A DNA stretch of 64,000 bases from positions 1,600,001-1,664,000 of the forward strand of contig OZ242311.1 in assembly GCA_965207885.1 (NCBI GenBank). The letters are read 5' to 3'. Origin of the DNA: Candidatus Latescibacterota bacterium. Lineage in GTDB: Bacteria > Latescibacterota > UBA2968. Within the stretch, counting starts at the first letter, position 1. The number at the start of each line of letters is the position of its first letter. Positions 10,236 to 19,443 of the stretch are shown here, piece by piece. Below the pieces are notes generated by a model. The model worked only from the letters and a program-made list of their open reading frames with translations. It had not been told where the DNA came from and did not search any database. The position numbers were made by a program, and so were the translations under genes.

Positions 10236-11633
10236 TCACATAGCGCGTACGTCAATAACTTCACCAGCGATGGCCGCGGCTGCGACCATTGCGGGACTCA
10301 TCAAGAGCGTGCGTCCCGTGGGACTGCCCTGACGCCCTTTGAAATTGCGATTGCTCGACGACGCGCACACTTCGCGTCCCTGCAATTTGTCGGGATTCAT
10401 AGCCAAACACATCGAACACCCCGCACCGCGCCATTCAAAGCCCGCATCTTCAAAAATGTGGTGCAAGCCTTCGGCTTCGGCAGTCTTGAGAACGGATTTG
10501 GACCCCGGCACGACCAGTGCTTTGACGCCATTGGCCACCTTGTGTCCCTCGGCGACTCTGGCAGCTTCTCTGAGGTCAGAGATACGGCTGTTGGTACACG
10601 ACCCCACAAAAGCCACGTCAATCGGCATACCAGATATGGCCGTACCAGGTTTTAAGTCCATATAATCATACGCTTCGGCTGCAACATCTCGCTCATCGTC
10701 GGGCAGATCCGTCAGCGCCGGTACTTTTTCTGATACAAAAAGTGCCTGCCCCGGCGTGATACCCCATGTCACAGTAGGCTCAAGAGCGGAGCCATCGAGA
10801 TGATAAACATCGTCGTAATCGGCGTCGATATCCGAAGCCATAGAACGCCACCAGGAAACCGCGCGATCAAAAGCATCTCCCGAAGGAGCATACGTGCGCC
10901 CCCGCAAATAGTCAAACGTCGTCTGATCGGGATTCACATACCCCGCGCGGGCACCGCCTTCAATGGACATATTGCACACCGACATGCGCGCTTCCATATC
11001 CATAGCTTCAATAGCGGATCCGGCATATTCGTAAGCATAGCCCGTGCCGCCCTTTACGCCGAGATTGCGAATAATATTGAGAATGACATCTTTGGCATAA
11101 ACCCCCTTGCCCAGCGTGCCTGATACTTCAATGCGGCGCACTTTGAGAGGATCCATCGCCAGGCATTGTGTGGCAAGCACATCGCGCACCTGCGATGTGC
11201 CAATGCCAAATGCAATGGCGCCATAAGCTCCGTGCGTTGAAGTGTGGCTATCGCCGCAGGCAATGGTCATGCCCGGCTGTGTCAGGCCCAGCTCAGGACC
11301 AATAACGTGGACAATACCCTGACGCTCGTCGTCGAGCCCAAAAAAAGAAAGGCCAAACTGTTGGGCATTTTCTTCGATGGCGATCATCATGTCCTCGGCC
11401 ATCTCATCGGCAAATGGGCGTGCCACATCGCTTGTGGGCACAATGTGATCAACCGTGGCAAATGTGCGATCTGGATACGCAATGGTGAGACCCAGCTCTC
11501 TGAGCATATCAAAAGCCTGCGGGCTGGTAACCTCGTGAACGAGATGCAGGCCGATAAACAACTGTGTCTGCCCCGATGGCAGCGTTCGCACCGCATGCGC
11601 GTCCCAAACTTTGTGAAATAAACTTTGACCCAT
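10236..11633 (-). CDS. leuC: 3-isopropylmalate dehydratase large subunit
   Basis: [31 protein letters not shown] and [11 protein letters not shown]. Confidence 0.97.
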   Translation of the reverse strand: MGQSLFHKVWDAHAVRTLPSGQTQLFIGLHLVHEVTSPQAFDMLRELGLTIAYPDRTFATVDHIVPTSDVARPFADEMAEDMMIAIEENAQQFGLSFFGLDDERQGIVHVIGPELGLTQPGMTIACGDSHTSTHGAYGAIAFGIGTSQVRDVLATQCLAMDPLKVRRIEVSGTLGKGVYAKDVILNIIRNLGVKGGTGYAYEYAGSAIEAMDMEARMSVCNMSIEGGARAGYVNPDQTTFDYLRGRTYAPSGDAFDRAVSWWRSMASDIDADYDDVYHLDGSALEPTVTWGITPGQALFVSEKVPALTDLPDDERDVAAEAYDYMDLKPGTAISGMPIDVAFVGSCTNSRISDLREAARVAEGHKVANGVKALVVPGSKSVLKTAEAEGLHHIFEDAGFEWRGAGCSMCLAMNPDKLQGREVCASSSNRNFKGRQGSPTGRTLLMSPAMVAAAAIAGEVIDVRAM

Positions 11634-11648
11634 CTATAACCTCTTATT

Positions 11649-13205
11649 CTAAACGGTTGGTTCTCGCTCCTTGTGATTGTCTTGCTGAATGGCCAGGCGA
11701 TTGAGAGCATCGAGAAAAGCTTTGGCACTGGCTTCGATAATATCGGTTGAAACGCCGCGTCCCCTGGTCAGGCGTCCATTGCACGACACATTGACCGTGA
11801 CTTCTCCCATCGCTTCGGCACCCCCGGTAACGCCGCGGATAGTATATTCTTCCACTTTTGTATTTGTATTATCTGTGGCTTTCTTGATCGCCCGATACGT
11901 TGCATCTACCGGTCCATCGCCCCAGGCAGATTCCTGGACGTGGTTTTTACCGTCAATACCAATGCGAACCGTCGCAGAGGGAACCGTGCCAGTACCACTC
12001 ACAGTATGCAAATAGTCCAGCGCGAAACGCAGGGGAAAGTCTCGAATTTCATCTTCCACAATAGCCATGAGATCTTCGTCATAAACTTCCTTCTTTTTAT
12101 CTGCAACTTTGACAAAACGCTCATAGGCGATATTTAATTCATCCTGATTGAGATGATAGCCGAGTTCTTCCAGGCGATGGCGCAATGCGTGGCGACCAGA
12201 ACGCGCCGTAAGCACAATACTCGATTCTTCCCAGCCCACAGATTTGGGATCGATAATTTCGAAATTTTCGCGGTCTTTGAGCACCCCGTCCTGATGGATA
12301 CCCGAACTATGTGCAAATGCATTGGCTCCTACAATGGGCTTGTTGGGCGGAACGACAATACCCATGAGGCGGCTGACCAGACGGCTCGTGTTTACGATCT
12401 CGCGCGTCTTGATATCCGTATAGAGATCGAAATAATCCCCTCGCGTCTTGACGGCCATAACCACTTCTTCAAGCGAGGTATTGCCCGCGCGTTCACCCAA
12501 TCCATTCACGGTGCATTCGACCTGACGCGCGCCATTTCTGAGTGCTTCGAGAGCGTTGATAGTCGCCATGCCCAAATCGTCGTGGCAGTGGACACTGATG
12601 ATGGCACGATCGACATTGGGCACTTTCTCGCAAATATTGCGGATAATGCGGCCAAACTGGCCTGGAACTGCGTAGCCCACGGTATCGGGAATATTGATGG
12701 TTGTCGCACCCGCTTCAATGGTGGCTTCGATCACGTCGAGAAGATATTGCGGATCTGTGCGCGCAGCATCCATCGGCGAAAACTCCACATCGTCGCAATG
12801 CGACTTGGCCCGCGCAACCGCATCAACAGCCATTTGCAGAACTTGAGCGGGCGTTTTGCCCACCATGGAAATATGGAGCGGCGATGTCCCAATAAACGTG
12901 TGAATGCGCGGATTTGGCGCATCTTTCAGGGCTTCACCTGCGCGGTCAATATCTTTGAAAATTGCGCGAGACAGACCGCAAATAACAGGACCTTCGACCT
13001 CATGTGCGATGCGCTGCACCGCATTGTAGTCCTGATCGGACGATATGGGAAATCCGGCCTCGATAACATCGACATTGAGCCGCGCGAGTTGATGGGCAAT
13101 TTCAACTTTTTCGCGCAACGCGAGCGAAGCCCCCGGCGTCTGTTCCGCGTCTCTCAAAGTGGTATCAAAAATAATGACGCGGTCTTTATTTTTCGCGTTT
13201 GACAT
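11649..13205 (-). CDS. leuA: 2-isopropylmalate synthase
   Basis: IFDTTLRDAEQ, HCHDDLG, GERAGN, HSSGIHQDG and a C-terminal regulatory domain. Confidence 0.96.
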   Translation of the reverse strand: MSNAKNKDRVIIFDTTLRDAEQTPGASLALREKVEIAHQLARLNVDVIEAGFPISSDQDYNAVQRIAHEVEGPVICGLSRAIFKDIDRAGEALKDAPNPRIHTFIGTSPLHISMVGKTPAQVLQMAVDAVARAKSHCDDVEFSPMDAARTDPQYLLDVIEATIEAGATTINIPDTVGYAVPGQFGRIIRNICEKVPNVDRAIISVHCHDDLGMATINALEALRNGARQVECTVNGLGERAGNTSLEEVVMAVKTRGDYFDLYTDIKTREIVNTSRLVSRLMGIVVPPNKPIVGANAFAHSSGIHQDGVLKDRENFEIIDPKSVGWEESSIVLTARSGRHALRHRLEELGYHLNQDELNIAYERFVKVADKKKEVYDEDLMAIVEDEIRDFPLRFALDYLHTVSGTGTVPSATVRIGIDGKNHVQESAWGDGPVDATYRAIKKATDNTNTKVEEYTIRGVTGGAEAMGEVTVNVSCNGRLTRGRGVSTDIIEASAKAFLDALNRLAIQQDNHKEREPTV

Positions 13206-13214
13206 TTTTATTCC

Positions 13215-13328
13215 TTAAAACATGCCAGAATCGAAGTGGAAATGGGCAGATGGAACGCTCTGGCGGTCTATCCCCATCTGCCAAACGAGAGCGAGTTCTT
13301 CGGTAAGATCACCGAGATCGGGATCCAT
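13215..13328 (-). CDS. Putative 37-aa small protein or regulatory uORF between ilvN and leuA
   Basis: A perfect SD (TAAGGAGGTGA) overlaps the ilvN stop, then ATG gives MDPDLGDLTEELALVWQMGIDRQSVPSAHFHFDSGMF*. Its stop overlaps the leuA SD (TAAGGA). Alternative start at 13334. Confidence 0.55.
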   Translation of the reverse strand: MDPDLGDLTEELALVWQMGIDRQSVPSAHFHFDSGMF

Positions 13329-13341
13329 CTGCATCACCTCC

Positions 13342-13833
13342 TTATTGTGTCGCGGAATCTCGCAACAGGGCAACTGTGCCTGTACGCGCGATTTCCTCGA
13401 TGCCAAAAGAACTGAGCATGCCAATGATAGCCTGAATTTTATCATTTTTGCCCGTAACCTCTATGGTCATCGATCTGGGACATACATCGACAATATTTGA
13501 GCGAAACACTTCGGCAATTTGGATAATTTCTGCACGCGTTGTTGTATCAGCTTTGACCTTGACCAACATGAGTTCGCGTTCAACAAATTGGCCCTGTGTA
13601 ATATCGATCACCCGAATGACGTCAATGAGGCGATCCAATTGCTTGACCACTTGCTCGAGCACGCTATCGTCGCCACCGACGACAATGGTCATGCGAGAAA
13701 TACTCGGATCTTCTGTTTCGCCAACGGACAGACTATCGATATTGAATCCGCGACTGGAAAAAAGGCCTGCAACGCGGCACAGAACGCCAAAATGATTTTC
13801 GACCAAGGCACTTATCGTGTGTTTGTGAGTCAT
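13342..13833 (-). CDS. ilvN: Acetolactate synthase small (regulatory) subunit
   Basis: HTISALVENHFGVLCRVAGLFSSRGFNIDSL ACT domain, VERELMLVKV and EIARTG. Confidence 0.95.
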   Translation of the reverse strand: MTHKHTISALVENHFGVLCRVAGLFSSRGFNIDSLSVGETEDPSISRMTIVVGGDDSVLEQVVKQLDRLIDVIRVIDITQGQFVERELMLVKVKADTTTRAEIIQIAEVFRSNIVDVCPRSMTIEVTGKNDKIQAIIGMLSSFGIEEIARTGTVALLRDSATQ

Positions 13834-13936
13834 TAAACATTTCCCGAATACATGAAGTGACAACGACCTATGAGTAAATCACAGGCTCTGTCCTTATTAT
13901 GGGTGTTGTCGCAAGAGTTGGGGAAAGAGCCTGAAA

Positions 13937-14089
13937 CTAATGAATGATAATAGATAGAAAAAGGCTCACGAGCAGGAGAAGGTGCAGAATGAGCAGAACT
14001 CGCCCTGCAATAGAAAGGCGCAAAGAACGGATACGCAGTTGTACACCGTCTCGCATGGTGGAAATCGCCAATGTGGAAATTGAGCGCAT
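13937..14089 (-). promoter_or_regulatory. Putative ilv-leu leader peptide / attenuator
   Basis: ORF MRSISTLAISTMRDGVQLRIRSLRLSIAGRVLLILHLLLLVSLFLSIIIH*; 15 of the last 20 codons are Leu/Ile/Val. It sits about 100 nt upstream of ilvN and has mutually exclusive GAGCCU/AGGCUC pairings. Confidence 0.6.
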
Positions 14090-14135
14090 AATAGAAAACT
14101 TGGGAAAAGAAGTAATAATGTATTTTAGATTGAAT

Positions 14136-14165
14136 AACTTACGCAATCTCAGTGGAATATGTCAA
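14136..14165 (-). promoter_or_regulatory. Putative sigma70 promoter of the ilv-leu operon
   Basis: TTGACA at 14165-14160 followed 18 nt later by TAAGTT. Confidence 0.45.
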
Positions 14166-14213
14166 GAAAAAATATCATTTCGCAGCCAGCACATCCCCAT
14201 CCCTGCCCTGGGC

Positions 14214-14963
14214 TTATATCACAAAGTCCCGCCGCACCCCCCGCATATCCATCTCAAATTCAATATCGACCACTGGCGGCCGGGTAAAGTGCCAGCGGAA
14301 ACCGTGCCGTCGGGCTGGCCCTATGCGAGTGCACAAAATATCCTCTACCAGCCCGTCCAGAGAATGTACCGTGTACACATCCACCGCATTGATCATCTCC
14401 CATGCCCCACCCAGACCAAACAAACGCTCGACCATTACATCCACCACATAACTAACCTTCTCCCGCATCGCTTCTGCACTGATATCCCCACTGCGGACAA
14501 TCCCCTGCTCCACAAGCATCCCTTCGCGCAATTCCCCTGCCCCGGCGATCACCAGAGTCCGGGGTATATCAGTCGCTGCTGGCACCGTATAGGAAAATGC
14601 GTGCAGCACCGGTTCCCCCGGCGGATCGAACAGCGGTGCCACATTGGTGCGCGCTACTGGATTCAACTCTCCCACGTACAGGTCCCATGCCTTGAGCACC
14701 TGACAATAATCCCGATTGAAGGCAATGAACCCCGCCATCGTAAAAGGCGCAGGCGAACGCAATTCCATACCGCACAATGCCTGTCGATCTCGCCCGACCT
14801 CCCTTAAATGCGCCTCAACCCGTTCAAAACCCTGCCGCCAGGGCAGATCCTGTTCCAGGGTGACATGGACGATCTCCCACCCGGAATCGGCAATAACGCC
14901 GCAGGAATAGGGATCAATACCCTTGAGAAAATGGTAATGTCCTTCATTCTTGGCAATCAACAT
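14214..14963 (-). CDS. CnbZ-like (2-amino-5-chloromuconate deaminase family, RidA-related) protein
   Basis: GHYHFLKGIDPYSCGV, ELRSPAPFT..GFIAFNRDY, NPVARTNVAP, AFSYTVP, AGAGE and RPPVVDIEFEMD resemble CnbZ-family proteins. Confidence 0.65.
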   Translation of the reverse strand: MLIAKNEGHYHFLKGIDPYSCGVIADSGWEIVHVTLEQDLPWRQGFERVEAHLREVGRDRQALCGMELRSPAPFTMAGFIAFNRDYCQVLKAWDLYVGELNPVARTNVAPLFDPPGEPVLHAFSYTVPAATDIPRTLVIAGAGELREGMLVEQGIVRSGDISAEAMREKVSYVVDVMVERLFGLGGAWEMINAVDVYTVHSLDGLVEDILCTRIGPARRHGFRWHFTRPPVVDIEFEMDMRGVRRDFVI

Positions 14964-14980
14964 GATAACTCTCTGTACAA

Positions 14981-15841
14981 TTACAACCGCCCATTCGCCC
15001 TGAGCGTCAGCAATGTTCCCAACGTCACCCAGCCGCGCCATTCGAGTTCGCAACCCGGACTCACGGCTTGCCAGGTAATATTCCACCCCCCATCTGCTTG
15101 TTGTCCCGCAACAATTGCGTCGAGATTTGCCGCAATATCCTCTTCTCGAAAGTAATCGCGAAGCGGATGATCGGGCGTATTCGCCCAGTCGAGTGGTTTG
15201 CGGACATAGCCCGTGGCATTTGCATCGGCGACGAGACCCGCAGAAAACATTCCACCGACCAGACGCTCAATTTCGCGCTCTGCGCGCGCCCGGTCCGGCA
15301 CATAATAGAGAAAAGTCAGCACCACACCCATTTCATGCATTTCCGCAGGTTGCAAATCAGCTATCTTTGACCAGCAGTACGCGGTCGCGCGATCTACCCA
15401 CGCATGTTGAACGCGATTCTTGTGTAACAAACCAGCAATTGCAGCTGTTGGATTCAGAGATGCCGGTGGATTTTCAACTGTATTCCACCATGATGCTCGC
15501 GGATAGCGATGTGCAGAAGGCAACAACCACGGAACGCCGCCTTCGGGCGTAGTAATCTCCATCAAATAATCGCAGGCGCGCTGCACTATATCGGCATCAA
15601 AACCCACGGCATTGAGAAACTCAAGCGCGTGCTGCACTGGCACGGGTTGGCTTTCTGGACAGCGAATATCCGGTTCAAGGGCATGCCCAAATCCGCCATC
15701 TTCATTCTGATAGGCGCGAAGCGCTGTCAGCACCTGCTCCCGTGAACCCCCTTTGAAATGATAGGCAAACAACTGCCGCTCGAGCAGCCGCGCATTATTA
15801 TAGATAAATTCTTCAGCGCGCTCAAAAATGTTGTGACTCAT
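14981..15841 (-). CDS. Conserved hypothetical protein with prenyltransferase/squalene-cyclase-like (QxxDGG) repeats
   Basis: ARLLERQLF, YQNEDGGFGHALEPDIR and QQADGGW repeats. Confidence 0.7.
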   Translation of the reverse strand: MSHNIFERAEEFIYNNARLLERQLFAYHFKGGSREQVLTALRAYQNEDGGFGHALEPDIRCPESQPVPVQHALEFLNAVGFDADIVQRACDYLMEITTPEGGVPWLLPSAHRYPRASWWNTVENPPASLNPTAAIAGLLHKNRVQHAWVDRATAYCWSKIADLQPAEMHEMGVVLTFLYYVPDRARAEREIERLVGGMFSAGLVADANATGYVRKPLDWANTPDHPLRDYFREEDIAANLDAIVAGQQADGGWNITWQAVSPGCELEWRGWVTLGTLLTLRANGRL

Positions 15842-15856
15842 AGACTATCTTCCATT

Positions 15857-16402
15857 TCATCCCAACCCAATAAATTTGAGAAATGTCTTTTTCCCACCCG
15901 TCTCTTTGCGCGCATTCCACGCTTCAACTCTGGCATAATAGGGTTCTTCTTCCCACGTCTCCCATTTTGCAATAGCCTTAATCTCACCCAATGGCGTGTA
16001 CCCGTCGAGTTCATACGGACAATCGGTAGATTGACTAATACTGAGCAACTCGATATCGCCCTCTTCATCAAACTCGAGATCAAATGGATATCTTCGACAA
16101 GTCACCGGGCGATAATCGTAGATACGACACAAATCGTCTTCACCCAGATATTGGCATCCGCTCTCGGTTCTACGCAATCCCATAACGCGCTGACCAGACC
16201 TCAGACGTATCCAGCCGGGCTGATCTTCGCCCCATTCAATCTCACTCGGCTTATAAAAATCGACAACATCACAAGCCGCCTGATCTGTGCCCTCAATAAT
16301 GCGGCGCACATCTTCGTCGGTAACCAGAACAATGGGATCTCGGCAGCAATTTCCACAGCGAGTGCAGCGAAACTTGAGCAAGTGTTTCCACTCTTGCGCC
16401 AT
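15857..16402 (-). CDS. YkgJ family cysteine-cluster (CxxCxxCC) protein
   Basis: FRCTRCGNCC...CQYL...CRIYDYRPVTCRRYPF. Confidence 0.88.
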   Translation of the reverse strand: MAQEWKHLLKFRCTRCGNCCRDPIVLVTDEDVRRIIEGTDQAACDVVDFYKPSEIEWGEDQPGWIRLRSGQRVMGLRRTESGCQYLGEDDLCRIYDYRPVTCRRYPFDLEFDEEGDIELLSISQSTDCPYELDGYTPLGEIKAIAKWETWEEEPYYARVEAWNARKETGGKKTFLKFIGLG

Positions 16403-16416
16403 ATCGTCTCCAATAG

Positions 16417-17595
16417 TTATACAACCTTTTGCTCCAACCAGTCCTTCGTGATTTCAAGACCAAAACCGGGGGCATTGCTCGGAATGAGATAACCGTCTTT
16501 GATCACAGGGGTTCCCGGCAGCGCGACGCGTTCTTCAAGCGGGACGCCTGGAGGCGATACCCCTTCGGAACGCTCGCCCCACTGTATCGCCGGCATAGCA
16601 TAAGAAAGGTGCTGACCATAGGGATAATTCATGCCCGCGTGGCTGATAACCGTTAGCCCATGCGCCTCGGCAATATGGCATATTCTCATCAAAGCCGTGA
16701 CACCACCTGCCCACTGAATATCGGGCTGCAAAATATCGACAAGCCCCTGGCTCGCGGCTGTGGCAAAGGGATGAATGGTGTACCAGTGCTCACCCGTTGC
16801 GAGAATTTGCCCGAGAACGCGCTGGCGCACTTTCATATAGCTTTCCATATCTTCGGGCAGCACGTAATCTTCAAGCCACTTGAGGCGATACGGTTTGAGA
16901 GCTTCGACGAGGCGAACCGTGTACTCGACATTGAGCGACATCCACGCATCGAGCATGAGTTCCACATCATCGCCAATCTGCTCGCGCGTTTTTGCAACCA
17001 GCTCTTCAGTCTTATTTATCCCCTCAATACCGGACTCCGGTCCATATCGCGCAAAAAGCTTGACCGCCTTGAAACCCAATTCGAGAAACCATTCAATGCT
17101 ATTTTCCGTACCATAAGATATATCTGTATTGCTGGCATAACAGAAAATTTTTTCTTTTTGAGGACCGCCCAAAAGCTCGTAAACAGGACGCTGCAAAATT
17201 TTTCCTTTCAAGTCCCACAGGGCATTATCCACAGCACTGATGGCATAGCTGGACAAACCCGCCGTATGATAAGGCGAAGAAGCGCGGCGCATCATATCCC
17301 ATAACTTTTCAGTCGCCATGCAATTTTGCCCTTCGAGCAAAGGGGCAAAATGATCGTTGATAATACTGAGCACCGGACCGCTATTGATGGTGAAACCAAT
17401 CCCCCAGGTGCCGTCATGCGCGGTCACGACACAGGCTGCGCGGGTCCAATTTGAACTCCACTTCGATTTTTTAAATTCGGGATATCGCGCCATAGGGCTA
17501 ATAAACCCATCTGTGGGCAGCTTTGGGACGCGAGGTTCTGTTTTTTGATCGGGAGAAATATCGACGGCAACTGCGCGGATATCTTTGATTTTCAT
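16417..17595 (-). CDS. Mandelate racemase/muconate lactonizing (enolase superfamily) enzyme, L-rhamnonate dehydratase-like
   Basis: AISAVDNALWDLKGK, metal ligands in LMLDAW / WLED / TGEH, and LQPDIQWAGG. Confidence 0.85.
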   Translation of the reverse strand: MKIKDIRAVAVDISPDQKTEPRVPKLPTDGFISPMARYPEFKKSKWSSNWTRAACVVTAHDGTWGIGFTINSGPVLSIINDHFAPLLEGQNCMATEKLWDMMRRASSPYHTAGLSSYAISAVDNALWDLKGKILQRPVYELLGGPQKEKIFCYASNTDISYGTENSIEWFLELGFKAVKLFARYGPESGIEGINKTEELVAKTREQIGDDVELMLDAWMSLNVEYTVRLVEALKPYRLKWLEDYVLPEDMESYMKVRQRVLGQILATGEHWYTIHPFATAASQGLVDILQPDIQWAGGVTALMRICHIAEAHGLTVISHAGMNYPYGQHLSYAMPAIQWGERSEGVSPPGVPLEERVALPGTPVIKDGYLIPSNAPGFGLEITKDWLEQKVV

Positions 17596-17606
17596 AATTG
17601 TTCCTC

Positions 17607-19244
17607 TTAAAAAGCAACGGCGTATCCATCTCGCCTGGGATCTGAACCGCCCATCAGGGTCCCGGTCTGGGGATTGATCTGAATGGCCTGTGCATTTCCC
17701 GGCCCACCCCAATTTGAGAGGTAGCGAAGGTCGTGGCCTTTCCGAGCCAGAGCTTCGCACTCGATTGTAGGAAAACGGCTTTCGAGTTGAAGCACATCTT
17801 CGCAGGTATGGGGAACCGTGGATTCCATGGGATTTTGCAAAGAACGCCAGCGGGGGGCTTCAACAGCCTCTTGAGGCGTCATGCCAAATACCAGAATATG
17901 TGTCACCAATTGCAAATTCGTCTGCACCTGTGTATCTGCGCCCGGGGTGCCGCATATCAGAACGGGTTTACCGTCTTTCGCGACAATAACGGGATTCATA
18001 GTGTGGCGAACTCGCTTGCCGGGCATCAGACAATTGGGATGATCTTTTTCCAGATGCCAGTAAGTCATGCGATTGTTGAGAAGAATACCCGTATCCCCCG
18101 CAATAAGACTTGCCCCCCAGCCAGATTGAATACTCTGCAATTGACAAACCGCGTTGCCCTCGCCGTCAGCTACGCAGAAACATGTAGTATCCTCAACCGA
18201 TTCCGGGATACCGGGCGGGACGTGGATAGCAGCGCGTTCGAGATCTATGCACGAAGCGCGTTCTTTTGCATAATCTTTCGAGAGAAGTCCTTCAATCGGC
18301 ACATCGATCCAATCTGGATCGGCCATGTATTTTTCTCTGTCTGCAAAAGCGAGTTTTTTGGCTTCGACCATAAGGTGGATACTCTCGGCAGTATTGCAAC
18401 CCAGCGCCTGAAGATCAAAATTTTCGACAATATTGAGTTCTTGAAGTAAAATATGCCCACTCGAATTGGGCGGCGCTTCATATACGGTATAACCTTTGTA
18501 GGTCACGGCAATGGGATCGCCAATGCGGGCGCAATGGTTTTTCAAATCGGCTTCGGTAAACAAACCACCTCGCGATTGACTAAATGCAACAAGTGCCCGG
18601 GCTATTTCACCCGTGCGATAGGCGTCGCGGCCCTCTGCGGCGATTTTTCGCAAGGTCTTACCCAGGTCCTTCTGATAAACTATATCTCCGGGACTGAGAG
18701 GCTGACCATCATTTGTGAAAACCGCCCGCGTATATGGATCGGATGCAAAGCGTTTTGTTTCTCCCCGCAAGCTATCCGCCAATTTGTGACTGAGCGGAAA
18801 ACCGTCTTCGCAAAAGGCGATTGCCGGCGCAAAAATATCTTCGAGCGGGCGCGTGCCAAAGTGCTCGTGAGCAACGAGCCAGCCATCGACCAGGCCGGGG
18901 ATGGAAACGCTCAGAATACCTTTCATTGGAATACCACCGCGTTGGAGATAAAATTCTCGGGTCGCGCCCGTTGGGGCTGCGCCAGTGGCATTGATGGCAG
19001 ATACGGTACCCGTCTTAGCCGAGTAAATTAAAATAAAACCATCCCCCCCTGCGCCTGAAGATTGCGGTTCAACCACACCGAGCGCAGCGGCTGTAGCAAT
19101 GGCGGCATCAATGGCATTGCCTCCGGCCTTCATAATCTGAATACCTGCTTGAGAAGCGAGATGGTGTCCCGACGTAACCACGCCATTCCTACCCATAATG
19201 GACGGCCTGAAGGCGGGATAGGCAATTGCATGAGGAGAAGACAT
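17607..19244 (-). CDS. ggt: Gamma-glutamyltransferase family Ntn-hydrolase (YwrD/HpxW-like, cytoplasmic)
   Basis: GGNAIDAAIA, EPQSSGAGGDGF, PPNSSG, nucleophile at EDTTCF, LNNRM and GGSDPRRDG; no signal peptide. Confidence 0.88.
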   Translation of the reverse strand: MSSPHAIAYPAFRPSIMGRNGVVTSGHHLASQAGIQIMKAGGNAIDAAIATAAALGVVEPQSSGAGGDGFILIYSAKTGTVSAINATGAAPTGATREFYLQRGGIPMKGILSVSIPGLVDGWLVAHEHFGTRPLEDIFAPAIAFCEDGFPLSHKLADSLRGETKRFASDPYTRAVFTNDGQPLSPGDIVYQKDLGKTLRKIAAEGRDAYRTGEIARALVAFSQSRGGLFTEADLKNHCARIGDPIAVTYKGYTVYEAPPNSSGHILLQELNIVENFDLQALGCNTAESIHLMVEAKKLAFADREKYMADPDWIDVPIEGLLSKDYAKERASCIDLERAAIHVPPGIPESVEDTTCFCVADGEGNAVCQLQSIQSGWGASLIAGDTGILLNNRMTYWHLEKDHPNCLMPGKRVRHTMNPVIVAKDGKPVLICGTPGADTQVQTNLQLVTHILVFGMTPQEAVEAPRWRSLQNPMESTVPHTCEDVLQLESRFPTIECEALARKGHDLRYLSNWGGPGNAQAIQINPQTGTLMGGSDPRRDGYAVAF

Positions 19245-19325
19245 AATGTACTCCTGAGGCGATTTTTTGATAAAAAGTGATAAAAGTGTTTTGTCAACGC
19301 CCGCGCCCGTATTCTCAGATACACC

Positions 19326-19354
19326 TTGACAAAATGCCATGAGGCCACTAATTT
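19326..19354 (+). promoter_or_regulatory. Sigma70-type promoter for the response regulator
   Basis: TTGACA-17 nt-TAATTT. Confidence 0.6.
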
Positions 19355-19443
19355 TCGGCTTTCTGTTTTCAGTACTGATATTACACACGGGCGCATTAAA
19401 ATGCGTAATATCAGTTCCTCCCTTATTCCCTATTTCGTCTCCA

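Noticed and set aside
12153-13202. 349-aa + strand ORF
   Set aside because: Antisense shadow of leuA.
13944-14807. 287-aa + strand ORF
   Set aside because: Overlaps the CnbZ-like gene and the ilv leader on the opposite strand; His/Pro/Arg-rich composition is typical of shadow frames.
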